In this document: piece by piece, positions 39,438-49,485 of the stretch
Numbering within the stretch: the stretch's first letter is position 1
Layout: every line of letters starts with the position of its first letter
From: an uncultured delta proteobacterium
GTDB taxonomy: Bacteria; Desulfobacterota; Binatia; Binatales; Binataceae
Assembly (NCBI GenBank): GCA_963808235.1
Contig: CAWEEQ010000004.1
Coordinates: forward strand, 3,680,001 to 3,744,000
DNA: 64,000 bases
Direction: 5' to 3'
Program-made: the position numbers and the translations under genes
Notes under the pieces: model-generated
The model's database searches: none
What the model saw: the letters and a program-made list of their open reading frames with translations, nothing else
Told to the model about the DNA's origin: nothing

Positions 39438-40432
39438 ATGGCGAGGTCGGACAATCTGATCCTGGCCGGCGACGTCGGTGGCACCAAAACCAATCTGGGA
39501 CTTTTCCGGCGCTCGGGCGGAGAGGTCGAAGTCGTTCGCGAGCATCTCTACGCGACTGCTGACTTCGCCAGCCTCGAGTCCGCATGTGCGGATTTCCTCG
39601 GCGACGCGGCGAGCGTCGATGCGGCCTGCGTCGGCGTGCCCGGTCCCGTAATCGACGGCCGCGCCCATGCCACCAACGTTGCGTGGCAACTATCCACCGC
39701 CGCGCTGTCGCGCGCACTGAACGGCGTCCCCGTCCGCCTTATCAATGATCTCGCCGCGACGGCTTACGGCGTGATTCATCTGAAATCAGCGGAGCTCGCG
39801 GTGCTGCATCGCGCCGAGAATCCACCCGAGCACGGTAACATCGCGGTGATCGCGGCGGGCACCGGACTCGGCGAGTCGGCGCTGGTGTGGGAGGCGGATC
39901 GATACTACGCGGTCGCATCTGAGGGCGGGCACGCCGATTTTGCGCCGCATGGCGAGGAGCAAATCGAGCTGTTGCGTTTTCTCGAAGCTGAATTCGGCCA
40001 CGTCAGCTACGAGCGCGTTCTCTCCGGCCCCGGCCTGTCGAACATTTACCGATTCCTGCGCGCGCGCAGCCACATCGACGAACCGGCGTGGCTGACCGCG
40101 CAGATTGCGGCCGGCGACCTGCCGCTGCGATAAGCGAGGCGGCGCTTGCCGCGCGCGATTCCGTTTGCGTTCACGCCATGGCTATGTTTTGCGATATTTA
40201 TGGTTCCGAGGCGGCGAACCTCGCGCTCAAGGTGCTCGCGCTTGGCGGAGTTTTCCTGGGCGGAGGAATCGCGCCGAAAATTTTGCCGATGCTGATGCAG
40301 GGCCGATTCATGCGGGGATTTTTGTCCAAGGGCAGGCTGAACGAAATCTTGAGCCGGATCGAAGTGCGCGTCTCGCTCAATCCGGCCGCCGCTCTCCTCG
40401 GCGCGGCCCACTGCGCGGCGGCGATGCTGTGA
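39438..40432 (+). CDS. glk: Glucokinase, frameshifted near 40118
   Basis: 'LAGDVGGT', 'LIND', 'GTGLG', 'SEGGH', 'ERVLSGPGL'; tail 'ANLALK...GGV.LGGGIAPKI' in shifted frame. Confidence 0.88.
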
Positions 40433-40473
40433 TATAGGAATCAATCGACACTACCGACGGGGATAGAGGGAAT

Positions 40474-41388
40474 ATGACCAAACGAGTTCGTGAAATTCTG
40501 AGCTACTACGATTCCGAAAATGCCGGCGTGCGCACCAATCTCGCCCGCATGCTCAACCACGGCAAGCTCGGGGGCACCGGCAAGTTCGTGATCCTGCCCG
40601 TCGATCAGGGCTTCGAGCACGGTCCGGCGCGGAGCTTCGCGGTAAATCCGCCCGCTTACGATCCGCGCTACCATTTCCAACTCGCGATCGACGCCGGATG
40701 CAACGCATACGCCGCTCCACTCGGATTCCTCGAGGCCGGCGCCGCCGAATACGCCGGCGATATTCCGCTCATCCTGAAGCTCAACAACCATGATGTGCTG
40801 AACGATGAAAAAGATCCCGCGCCAGCCGTTACCGGCAGCGTTCACGACGCTCTCCGGCTCGGATGCGCCGCGGTCGGCCTCACAATCTACCCGGGCTCGA
40901 CGCAAGAGAAATCGATGTACCAGGAGGCGCGCGAAATCGGCGCGGAGGCAAAGGCGCACGGCCTTCCGATGATCATCTGGTCGTATCCGCGCGGCTCCGG
41001 CGTCAGCAAGCAGGGCGAGACCGCGCTCGACGTGGTTGCCTACGCGGCGCAGATCGCGGCGCAGCTCGGCGCCAATATCATCAAGGTCAAACCGCCCACC
41101 GCATTCATCGAACTGGCAGAAGCCAAGAAGGCCTATGACGCCAACAAGATCCCGCTCGAGCCGCTCTCCGAGCGCGTCAAGCACGTGATTCAGTCGGCGT
41201 TCGACGGCCGCCGCATCGTGATTTTTTCTGGCGGAGTCAAAGAGACCGACGAATCGCTGTTGAACACCGTCCGCGGAATTCAAGCCGGCGGCGGTTACGG
41301 CTCGATCATCGGGCGCAACTGCTTCCAGCGTCCAAAGCCCGAGGCGATCGCCCTGCTCGGCAAGGTCATAGACATTTACCGCGGTTGA
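40474..41388 (+). CDS. fbaB: Class I fructose-bisphosphate aldolase (DhnA/FbaB)
   Basis: 'ILPVDQGFEHGP', 'TIYPGS', 'WSYPRG', 'IIKVK', 'GSIIGRN'. Confidence 0.9.
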   Translation: MTKRVREILSYYDSENAGVRTNLARMLNHGKLGGTGKFVILPVDQGFEHGPARSFAVNPPAYDPRYHFQLAIDAGCNAYAAPLGFLEAGAAEYAGDIPLILKLNNHDVLNDEKDPAPAVTGSVHDALRLGCAAVGLTIYPGSTQEKSMYQEAREIGAEAKAHGLPMIIWSYPRGSGVSKQGETALDVVAYAAQIAAQLGANIIKVKPPTAFIELAEAKKAYDANKIPLEPLSERVKHVIQSAFDGRRIVIFSGGVKETDESLLNTVRGIQAGGGYGSIIGRNCFQRPKPEAIALLGKVIDIYRG

Positions 41389-41399
41389 TCGGGATGTAA

Positions 41400-42209
41400 A
41401 TGAAGTACAGCGAGTACCAGCATCTCCTGTTCGAGCGGAAGGACGATGGGATCCTCTTCATCACTATCAACCGTCCCGAAGTTCTCAACGCGACCAATGC
41501 CCGCCTGCACTGGGAGTTGAGCCGCGTCTGGCTCGACATCGCCGAGGACGACGAAACCAACGTCGTGGTGGTGACCGGCGCCGGGCGCGCGTTCTCGGCC
41601 GGCGGCGATCTCGAGATGATAGCTCTGATGGCCGCAAGCCCCGACAATATCGGCAAGGCGATGAAGGAAGCCGGCGATATCGTCTACAACATGATCAACC
41701 TCGAAAAGCCGATAATTTCCGCGATCAATGGGGTCGCCGTCGGCGCCGGTCTGGCGGTCGCTTTCATGGCGGACATCAGTATCGCGTCGGAGTCGATGCG
41801 CATCACGGACGGACACCTCCGGCTCGGGGTCGCGGCGGGAGACCATGCGGTGATTATCTGGCCGCTGCTGTGCGGGATGGCCAAGGCCAAGTACTACCTT
41901 ATGACCGCGGATTTCATAGACGGCAAAGAGGCTGAGCGAATCGGACTGGTAAGCCTCTGCGTGCCGGCCGACAAGCTAATCGACAAGGCGATGGAAGTGG
42001 CGCGGAAACTCGCGCGCGGGCCGCAGCAGGCGGTGCGTTTCACCAAGCGATCGCTCAACAACTGGCTGCGCGTCGCAGGCCCGGCGTTCGACGCGTCGCT
42101 GGCGCTGGAAATGATCAATTTCTTCAGCGCAGACCTGGCCGAGGGTGTCGCCGCGCTGCAAGAAAAACGCCAGCCAAGCTTCCCGGGCTTCCGCAAAGCA
42201 AAGAGCTGA
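41400..42209 (+). CDS. Enoyl-CoA hydratase/isomerase family protein
   Basis: 'NRPE..NA', 'AFSAGGD', 'AING.AVGAG'. Confidence 0.9.
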   Translation: MKYSEYQHLLFERKDDGILFITINRPEVLNATNARLHWELSRVWLDIAEDDETNVVVVTGAGRAFSAGGDLEMIALMAASPDNIGKAMKEAGDIVYNMINLEKPIISAINGVAVGAGLAVAFMADISIASESMRITDGHLRLGVAAGDHAVIIWPLLCGMAKAKYYLMTADFIDGKEAERIGLVSLCVPADKLIDKAMEVARKLARGPQQAVRFTKRSLNNWLRVAGPAFDASLALEMINFFSADLAEGVAALQEKRQPSFPGFRKAKS

Positions 42210-42295
42210 GCAGCTGGTCATCGCTGTTTTGATTAGCTGCTGGTTTTGAATATACTACCCGTCGCTTGGAAACGGACTAACCTCGAGGGGAAAAA

Positions 42296-42646
42296 ATGTT
42301 GATCAAGAAAATTGCGGTTGCGGCAGCTTCGGCGATGCTGGTGGGGACAATGGTATTCGCTGCAGGTGCGCGTCCAGCGTTCGCGTCGACCAAGGTCGAT
42401 TGCGACGCTGTCATGAACGAAGTGAACAGCGGCAAGCATGCCAAGGATGTCGCAAAGGATCTGTCGATCTCTACTTCGAGCGTCTACAGGTGCAAGCGGC
42501 AGGCAAAGGCTGCGGCCAAGGCGGGTACCAAGTCGTCGATGCAGGCAAAATCCGGAAAAGATGTATTGGTGCCCTCGGCGGCCGGCTCGGCTTCTCTGCC
42601 GCCGTCTCCGGCGGCCGCTGCTTCTCCGGCTGCCAAGACCAAGTAA
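42296..42646 (+). CDS. Small secreted protein with HTH-like core and two Cys
   Basis: Signal peptide ('...ARPAFA'), 'KHAKDVAKDLSISTSSVYRCK', Ala/Lys/Pro tail; GAGGGG SD. Confidence 0.65.
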   Translation: MLIKKIAVAAASAMLVGTMVFAAGARPAFASTKVDCDAVMNEVNSGKHAKDVAKDLSISTSSVYRCKRQAKAAAKAGTKSSMQAKSGKDVLVPSAAGSASLPPSPAAAASPAAKTK

Positions 42647-42665
42647 GGATTTCCAATCCCAACGG

Positions 42666-42696
42666 CACATCGCGAGCCACCACGGCTCGCGATGTG
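42666..42696 (+). terminator. 13-bp stem hairpin, probable terminator
   Basis: CACATCGCGAGCC-accac-GGCTCGCGATGTG; no strong U-tract. Confidence 0.5.
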
Positions 42697-42715
42697 TCTG
42701 TTGACGGCGTACTCG

Positions 42716-43021
42716 ATGCCCAAGTGCGAACTATGCGAGTTGCGTGACTACACGCAGCGCTATGCCAATTTTGTTCATCCGTTCCGGTTCACGATCCTCG
42801 ATTGCGATTCCTGCGACACGCCGATGGCGGTGCTCGGAGATCATCGCGTCAATCCCACCGACGAAGAGCGCGCGTTCATGGTCGAGGCCCTCTCGATGGT
42901 TGCACGGGCGAAATTCGGCAGGGACAAGTCCGGTGCGGACAAGTTCGTGATCGACGGCGTGATGCGCCAGATTCCCGATCACTGCCATATCCACGCCCGC
43001 AAGGTCTGGAAGTACGAATAA
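42716..43021 (+). CDS. Small HIT-like protein with two CxxC motifs
   Basis: 'CELC', 'CDSC', C-terminal 'IPDHCHIH' histidine triad. Confidence 0.6.
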   Translation: MPKCELCELRDYTQRYANFVHPFRFTILDCDSCDTPMAVLGDHRVNPTDEERAFMVEALSMVARAKFGRDKSGADKFVIDGVMRQIPDHCHIHARKVWKYE

Positions 43022-43213
43022 CCGCCAGATTGTTTAACGAGCCCGGCCAGCGCGATATTACCGCTCTGTGAGCGCCGCGTTACCTGCTTGGTAAGCGGCC
43101 CATCTTATGCTATATGCCGCGCCGTACGCAGCCGTCTGGGGAGGCGGCGCCGCTGGCAGGAGCGAAGTGCGCGGGGGCGCTCTTGCCGGTTCCCTTCAGG
43201 AGGTATGGGGGAC

Positions 43214-43414
43214 ATGGCTAACGGCACGGTTAAGTGGTTCAGCCCTAAAAAGGGCTACGGCTTCATCACGATGGAGGACGGGCAGGAAGTGTTCGTCCAT
43301 TACAGCGCCATCGATGGGGCAGGATTCCGCTCGCTCGAACAGGGCGAGCGTGTCGAGTTCGAAGTCGCGCAGGGCCCAAAGGGACTGCAGGCATCGAACG
43401 TAAACAAGGGATAA
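43214..43414 (+). CDS. cspA: Cold shock protein
   Basis: 'GTVKWF...KGYGFI', 'VFVHYSAI', 'GPKG.QA.NV'. Confidence 0.93.
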   Translation: MANGTVKWFSPKKGYGFITMEDGQEVFVHYSAIDGAGFRSLEQGERVEFEVAQGPKGLQASNVNKG

Positions 43415-43558
43415 GCGCAATAAGCGCTACCCACTCGGGAAACGCAGGGGGCGCTGAGCAACTGCGACGGTCCGGCATCTGAAAATGCGGGCCGTCGCGG
43501 TAGCGCGCGCTTGCGCCGCGAGATTTGACATTGCACGCACGCGCGCTATGACATCGGC

Positions 43559-44512
43559 ATGAGCGACGCACTTCCGCTGCGCAACAGTCTCCGCTTCGGC
43601 ACGATGATCGGACTCTCGGACCGCGAGCACGCGATCCGTGTCGTCGAGTCGATTTCACGATGGGGCTACGAAGTGGTGTGGACCGGCGATCACGTCGCGT
43701 TCACCGGCCCGATAAGCGACCCGCTGATCCAGCTGACTTATCTCTCGGCGCTCGATCCCAAACTCATTTTCGGCACCAGCGTTTATCTGCTGCCGCTCCG
43801 TCATCCGACTACCGTCGCCAAGATGGTCGCGACGGTCGATCGAATGCTCGGCGCGGGACACTTTATCTTCGGCGTTGGCGTCGGCGGCGAGTTCCCGCGC
43901 GAGTACGAGGCTTGCGGCGTGCCGATCAAGGAACGCGGCGGACGCGCGACCGAGGCGATTCAGTTGATCAAGCGGCTATGGACCGAGCCGCGCGTCGAGC
44001 ATCGCGGCAAATATTTCAGCTTCGGCGAAATCAGCATGCAGCCGCGTCCCGCGACGCCGGGCGGCCCGCCCATCTGGGTCGGCGGTCGTGCGGAGGGCCC
44101 GCTGAAACGCGCCGCCCGATTCGGCGACGGCTGGATGCCCTACGTCGTAACCGCCAAGCGCTACGCCGACGGAATGGATTTCATCGGCAAGGAGGTCGAG
44201 CGCATCGGCCGCAAGCTCGCGACCTTCGGCACCTCGATCCATTTGTTTTGCACTCTGGGCGCGACCGTCGAAGCGGCCCACGAGGTCGCGACCGAGCATC
44301 TGAGCAAGCGCTATGCGATGGACTTTCGCGAGCCCGCGCGGCGCTACTCGGCACTCGGCCGTCCAGCCGACGTTGCGGCCAAGATCAGCGAGTACATCAA
44401 GGCGGGTGCCCGCGACATCGGCGTCGACGCAGTCTGCCATCCCTCAGACCGCGACGCCCAACTAGAGCAATTCGCGCGCGAGGTAATCCCGCTACTGCGA
44501 CCCTCCCAATAG
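43559..44512 (+). CDS. LLM-class flavin/F420-dependent oxidoreductase
   Basis: 'WTGDHV', 'LPLRHP..VAK..AT.D', 'PPIWVGG', 'RAAR.GDGW'. Confidence 0.88.
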   Translation: MSDALPLRNSLRFGTMIGLSDREHAIRVVESISRWGYEVVWTGDHVAFTGPISDPLIQLTYLSALDPKLIFGTSVYLLPLRHPTTVAKMVATVDRMLGAGHFIFGVGVGGEFPREYEACGVPIKERGGRATEAIQLIKRLWTEPRVEHRGKYFSFGEISMQPRPATPGGPPIWVGGRAEGPLKRAARFGDGWMPYVVTAKRYADGMDFIGKEVERIGRKLATFGTSIHLFCTLGATVEAAHEVATEHLSKRYAMDFREPARRYSALGRPADVAAKISEYIKAGARDIGVDAVCHPSDRDAQLEQFAREVIPLLRPSQ

Positions 44513-44673
44513 CCTCGGTTGCATAGCGCTCTAGTACAACAGCTGGCTGTCCCTACCGAAAACACTAGGCAACGACTTTTCTTCCACAGGGAGTCGTTTT
44601 GAGCCGTTTAGAGCCACTGGTTGCCGCAGAACCTCACTTTTGATACTCCAGTGCCGCGGGGGTTGCTTCACTG

Positions 44674-45519
44674 ATGAAAACAAGACGGTCCTTGGGTCTA
44701 TCGATCCTTGTTGCCACGTCGCTCGCGATCCTTCCATCGCCGCATGGCGCATCGGCGCAGGACGTGAACGCGATAGTTGGCCGGCGCGCCTACGTGCCGC
44801 ACATTTTCGTGCGCGGCGGTAGCTCCAAGAGGACGAATAAGAACCTCATCGATCACGGTGGCCCGGTGCTACCGACCTCGCACGTCTATGCCCTCTTCTG
44901 GGGCCCGGTGCCACCTGACATTTCCGGCGCACTGGACTCGTTCTTTGAAGGCTTTGGCGGCAGCAGCTACGCAAACATCTTGACCCAGTACATGCGCGGA
45001 GTTCCGCCCGCTCCGCCAGCGTCGACCTACATGGTCCTTGCTTCGGATTCTTCCGCGCCGCCGGCGCATGCGCCTGCCGTCAGCACGATCGTCAACGAGA
45101 TCTGCTCGTCGCTGGGTGGCGAGCCGCCGGATCCTACAGGCGTGTACTTTGTAATCACTTCAAACTTTCCCAAGGCGGCGAACTTTTGCGCTTGGCATGC
45201 AAAGGGAACCTGCAACGGCGATCCGATTGCGGTGGGCTATCTGCCAAACATCACCGGGGTCAGCGGATGCGGCGTCACCCCTCTAGGTTCCAACCCGTTC
45301 AGCAGCGGCGGTCAGGCGATGGCGAACGATGCGGCGCACGAGTTGTCGGAATCGATCACCGATCAATTGCTGAATGCCTGGTACGATTCGGGCGGACAGG
45401 AGGTCGGCGACAAATGCGAGACGCAATACGGCAGCCCAGTGACGATCAACGGAATCGAATGGCGGCTTCAGGAGGAGTGGTCGAACATGAACTCCGGCTG
45501 CGTTCAGTCGATTCCGTAG
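44674..45519 (+). CDS. Secreted Phi-1/EXORDIUM-like protein
   Basis: Signal peptide; 'HGGPVL', 'FCAWH', 'AHELSESITD', 'AWYD..G.EVGDKC', 'QEEWSN...GCV'. Confidence 0.65.
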   Translation: MKTRRSLGLSILVATSLAILPSPHGASAQDVNAIVGRRAYVPHIFVRGGSSKRTNKNLIDHGGPVLPTSHVYALFWGPVPPDISGALDSFFEGFGGSSYANILTQYMRGVPPAPPASTYMVLASDSSAPPAHAPAVSTIVNEICSSLGGEPPDPTGVYFVITSNFPKAANFCAWHAKGTCNGDPIAVGYLPNITGVSGCGVTPLGSNPFSSGGQAMANDAAHELSESITDQLLNAWYDSGGQEVGDKCETQYGSPVTINGIEWRLQEEWSNMNSGCVQSIP

Positions 45520-45607
45520 GCGCTGAACTTACTATAATGCGGTGGTGCCGGAGGTTGAGTCATTGGCAGCTCTGACTCAACCAAATTCATCTCGAGTCGG
45601 ACTGCGT

Positions 45608-45698
45608 CATCGGCGTCGACGCAGTCTGCCATCCCTCAGATCGCGACGCGCAACTCGAACAATTCGCGCGCGAGGTAATCCCGCTCCTTCGTCTTTGA
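45608..45698 (+). repeat. Orphan duplicate of LLM gene 3' end (copy of 44416-44499)
   Basis: Encodes IGVDAVCHPSDRDAQLEQFAREVIPLLR(L*), identical peptide, differences synonymous. Confidence 0.9.
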
Positions 45699-45716
45699 GT
45701 CCGACCTTGGCTTCAA

Positions 45717-46536
45717 TCACTCCTTGATGAACGCGAGCAGGTCGGCGTTGATCGTGTCGGCTTGCGTAGTAGGAATGCCGTGCGGAAAGCCCTTGTAGGT
45801 CTTAAGCCGCCCGTTTTTCAGCAGCTTCGCTGACAACGGCCCTGCATCAGCGTAAGGAACGATCTGATCGTCATCCCCATGCATTACAAGCACCGGCACC
45901 GTGATCTTTTTGAGATCGCCGGTGAAATCGGTCTGTGAGAACGCGACGATACCATCATAGTGAGCCTTCGCCCCGCCCATCATGCCCTGACGCCACCAGT
46001 TCTGGATAATTGCCTCGGAGGCTTTCACGCCCGGTCGGTTGAAGCCATAGAAAGGCCCGGCAGGCAGGTCGCGATAGAATTGCGAGCGATTAGCCGCGAG
46101 CTGTGCTTGCAATCCGTCGAACACTTCCTTGGGCAGGCCGCCCGGATTGGCCGCCGTCTTCACCATCAACGGCGGCACCGCACTTATCAGCGCTGCCTTC
46201 GCAACCCGGCTCTCGCCATGCCGTCCCAGGTAGTGCGCAACCTCGCCGCCGCCCGTCGAGTGACCTACATGCACGGCATTCTTCAAATCGAGATGCGCGG
46301 TAAGCGCCGCAAGATCGTCAGCATAATGATCCATGTCGTGACCGTCGCCTGTTTGCGTGGACCGGCCGTGCCCGCGGCGGTCATGGGCGATCACGCGATA
46401 GCCGTGATTCAAGAAGAAGAGCATTTGCGTGTCCCAGTCATCCGCCGACAGCGGCCATCCATGGCTGAACACGATGGGCTGTTCCCCAATCCTTGTAGAA
46501 GATCTCAACGCCGTCTTTGGTCGTGATAATAGGCAT
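45717..46536 (-). CDS. Non-heme chloroperoxidase / alpha-beta hydrolase, frameshifted near 46484
   Basis: '[18 protein letters not shown]' (ATG 46536, AAGGAG SD) is out of frame with '[11 protein letters not shown]...GHSTGGG...HGDDDQIVP...PHG'. Confidence 0.85.
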
Positions 46537-46702
46537 GGCATCGTCTCCTTACTTTAGTTTGTTGGATTATTGCCGCGTGGCGCGGCTGACGCCAATGTCG
46601 CTCCAGCGGACGCTCGCATGGCGTGAAGATACGCAAAAGAACGCAGGCAAGACTTCCGCACCAGAGAGATATAGCGCGACAGGACAGCTTGTTCATGTCC
46701 AT

Positions 46703-46736
46703 TATTAAACCGTAGTATATATTAAACCGTAGTATA
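46703..46736. repeat. Perfect 17-bp tandem duplication
   Basis: TATTAAACCGTAGTATA x2. Confidence 0.9.
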
Positions 46737-46769
46737 ACTTGATCAAAAGAAAAAAGGGCGGTCAGGGCA

Positions 46770-47460
46770 GTGAAAGAGTGGCACCAAGTTGTCAGTTCAA
46801 TCTCCCCATCTGTAGTAAAGATTGAAACCCCTGATGGGCATGGGACCGGTTTCTTATGCGCATATAACGCAGACAAAACTTTAGTTGGGATCGCAACCGC
46901 TCATCACGTCGTTGGGCATGCCGACAAATGGCAGCAACCAATTCGTATTCACAATCTAACTAAAGACACAACAATTTTTCTTCAGGAAGCTGACCGCGTA
47001 ATTATTCCAGACTCCTTAAAAGATTCGGCGGTTATCATTATCTTCTCGGAAGCCCGAATAAAGGCGCTTGATCTTCCAGAGGAACCGATAGGTTTCATCG
47101 CCCCGGGGAAGCATTCCATCACAGGTGTTGAAGTAGGTTGGCTAGGTTATCCTAGTATTGACCGGATATTCTGTCCTTTTTTCGCGCTTCAGCGCGTGGC
47201 AAGCGGCCAGTACGCGTATCCCATCATGGCGTCGCTAGCAATGGCCAGCGGCAAGACCGGCTTAGGCGGTATCAAACGACGGCGCACCGCCTCGAATCAT
47301 TGGTTCGTCACTGCGGATAGCCCATCGGAATCAGAGCGACGGTTCCGGGGCTTTCGATTGCTCAAGAGTTACTCACTTCCAGAAAGTCATAACCATGCTT
47401 AAAACTAGGGATGAAGCTGAGCGCAAGAAAAAGGAACAAGAAGCCGCTGCTGCTGTAGCG
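46770..47460 (+). pseudogene. Trypsin-like (S1) serine protease, corrupted central segment
   Basis: 'GHGTGF', 'IATAHHV', 'DSA', 'GWLGYP'; remnants of AY-I-GVA-NG-SG and 'PGLSIAQ..HFQKVITMLK' across frames; AT-richer than flanks. Confidence 0.6.
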
Positions 47461-48235
47461 CCGTTAGCCACGCCCAGACCCCGCCCCTCCACCAGCCAAA
47501 TCGGGCTGATTACCAAAGCCGCCCACTACCTGATATTCCGCGCTCCGCAATCTTCACCCTCAACTACTGCATGCCGCACGAGAACGATCTGCCAATCTAC
47601 ATATGCCGCAGCCCAAAGCAGCCGTTATGCGACCTATGGCGCGTGCCAAGTCCTTCGGCTGACCCTGTCTGGTTCCCCGCCCGCCCGTCCTTCTCTGCTA
47701 TCTCGATCGAGTTGGGTATCGCCCTGCGTAAGTAGAAAGGCTTTCGCTCAACTGCGAACCCGAACTCCTAGACAGTCTTTACTTCGGCGCCTACTGCAAG
47801 TAGATCGAAAGGGACGACCCGTTAACAAAATGCTTAGGCTCGGAGGTTGTTTTTACGCTCTGAAAGCAGATGGCCGGAGGAATCAATACTCATGAGGAGG
47901 AGGAATTGGCCGCATATTTCGCTAGCCATTTGCGGCACGGAACCTGGTGGGAGAACCTTCTAGGTCATCTGGACACCAGTCAGGATCTTGATCTCAATCT
48001 CGGAAAGTTCAAGATACCACTGCCGTTGAGGCTAGTTCGCCCTTTCTCCACGACTGTATTAATGCGTAGCGTGGCGAGGCGATGAATCGCGACGAGACCC
48101 CATCCAAGATATACGAGATCTGAGCAGGCTGCGCACTACGTTCGGCTTTTCAGATCTGACGCTGGCGGACTTTGCGCAGAAGATCCGCGAGCAATATACA
48201 GAAATTCAGCATGAGCACGCGCCGATGCCCGATGG

Positions 48236-49129
48236 GTGCAGAGGCAGGTCGCCCAAGCCAATCTGGCGAGTTCTCCGCCGGCAGAAAAGTCGTCGGAGCT
48301 GATCCAAGCAGCGATCGCTCTGAGGAACGGGAATCATCAGGCAGTTGGATTTCTCTCATTTGATCCGGTTGCCGCAATCAACCTGGCAGATGAAATCTCA
48401 CGCTCAGCTCTCCGGGCGGCGGGCCTAGCGGTATGTACCGTCTTTGGCGGCGAATGTCATTTCAGCGCGAACCTCATGATTCCGGTCGCTAGCGATTCAC
48501 CTTTACCTGAACCAGCACAGCATTCTGAAGCAGCAACGGTGCGCGCGCGTGCGGATCAACTATGGAGAGGCATCCATTCGGACCGCCGCTTGGTCGTTGT
48601 CAGTGAGACAGAGCGGGCCGGGCATCTCGGCTTCTGGGTTCCCACAGCCCACGGTCGCAACTCTAATATTCTGCCTGGCGCACCTCGCACATTTCTGCAG
48701 ATGTCTGGGAACGCCGTATTCAAGGGTGACCTACCCAAGATTGAAGGCTTTCCGGAGGAGGTCGGAAAAAGATGGGCAGGGTACATGGAAGAGCACTTTA
48801 CAGAGCGCCTTTTTGTGTCGCTCCCACTCTTGGTCCCAGCGTCTACGATTTCCGGGACCGGCTCGGCGGTCGCGGCGGTCGTCAATATCAATGCGTCGCC
48901 GCAAAACGAGGAACTCTGGTACCGTGCGTACCATGAAGAATGGTTGAAAATCGCACAAAACAGGGTAGCGGAGCTTGCGGAGATTGCGTTTTACGCCATG
49001 CTGGTTAAGTTTGAGGCCGAGATGGCGTTGGGTAGTTCCTCGATTCGTATTGACACGGGATGTAGGCTCTGGGATAGACTCCCCGTTGCCGAAGTAGAAC
49101 GACGCTTACCAGGACCCCGCGATGAATAG
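48236..49129 (+). CDS. Hypothetical protein (possible GAF-like fold); N-terminus may extend to 47870 via frameshifts
   Basis: 297-aa ORF, atypical codon usage; 'ANLM.P', 'LPGAP', 'FVSLPL', 'AVVNIN'. Confidence 0.5.
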   Translation: MQRQVAQANLASSPPAEKSSELIQAAIALRNGNHQAVGFLSFDPVAAINLADEISRSALRAAGLAVCTVFGGECHFSANLMIPVASDSPLPEPAQHSEAATVRARADQLWRGIHSDRRLVVVSETERAGHLGFWVPTAHGRNSNILPGAPRTFLQMSGNAVFKGDLPKIEGFPEEVGKRWAGYMEEHFTERLFVSLPLLVPASTISGTGSAVAAVVNINASPQNEELWYRAYHEEWLKIAQNRVAELAEIAFYAMLVKFEAEMALGSSSIRIDTGCRLWDRLPVAEVERRLPGPRDE

Positions 49130-49307
49130 AACAAAGTCCGCTGTTGGCTCTCCGGCTTCCCGCAAGCTGGTCATGGCTGTCTTGAAGCACGAGGCGCATC
49201 AAGTCCTCAATGCTGCCAACGAGTCTATCGATCGCGCAGAAGAGGCAGCCGGTGCGCATCTCATTATTAAAACTGAATCTCGTACGCCGGAGCGATCCAG
49301 CGAATAG
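49122..49307 (+). CDS. Small hypothetical protein
   Basis: ATG overlapping upstream ORF end, AGGA SD-like sequence. Confidence 0.35.
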   Translation: MNRTKSAVGSPASRKLVMAVLKHEAHQVLNAANESIDRAEEAAGAHLIIKTESRTPERSSE

Positions 49308-49485
49308 CTCCGCTGAAACGCTTCGGCCGCCTCGATTTTGAATCAGAGGCGTGAGAGGACTAGGTTAAACATGGCGCTCCGCGCAATGCAGGAGGCGAGC
49401 GATCTGGCCAGCACTGACCTGCTCACTCCGGAACCTTCCGCTCTCCCTTATCCATCGGGCCGGACTCATTGCCTTGCCGCGTGGT

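Noticed and set aside
38391-40133. Apparent 580-aa FBPase-glucokinase fusion ORF
   Set aside because: Produced by a frameshift near 39330; the true FBPase tail (IHERHPIYIGS...*) ends at 39420 and glk has its own ATG at 39438
47516-47531. GCCGCCCACTACC as a possible mobile-element end
   Set aside because: No matching inverted partner or transposase found in the window; cannot be supported from sequence alone
47395-47895. 166-aa ORF as an independent gene
   Set aside because: Its start is the out-of-frame C-terminus of the protease; the remainder looks non-coding
47870-48235. Selenocysteine read-through of two in-frame TGAs joining 47870-48085 to 48236-49129
   Set aside because: No redox motif context or SECIS-like hairpin; region is error-prone, so frameshift or decay is more plausible
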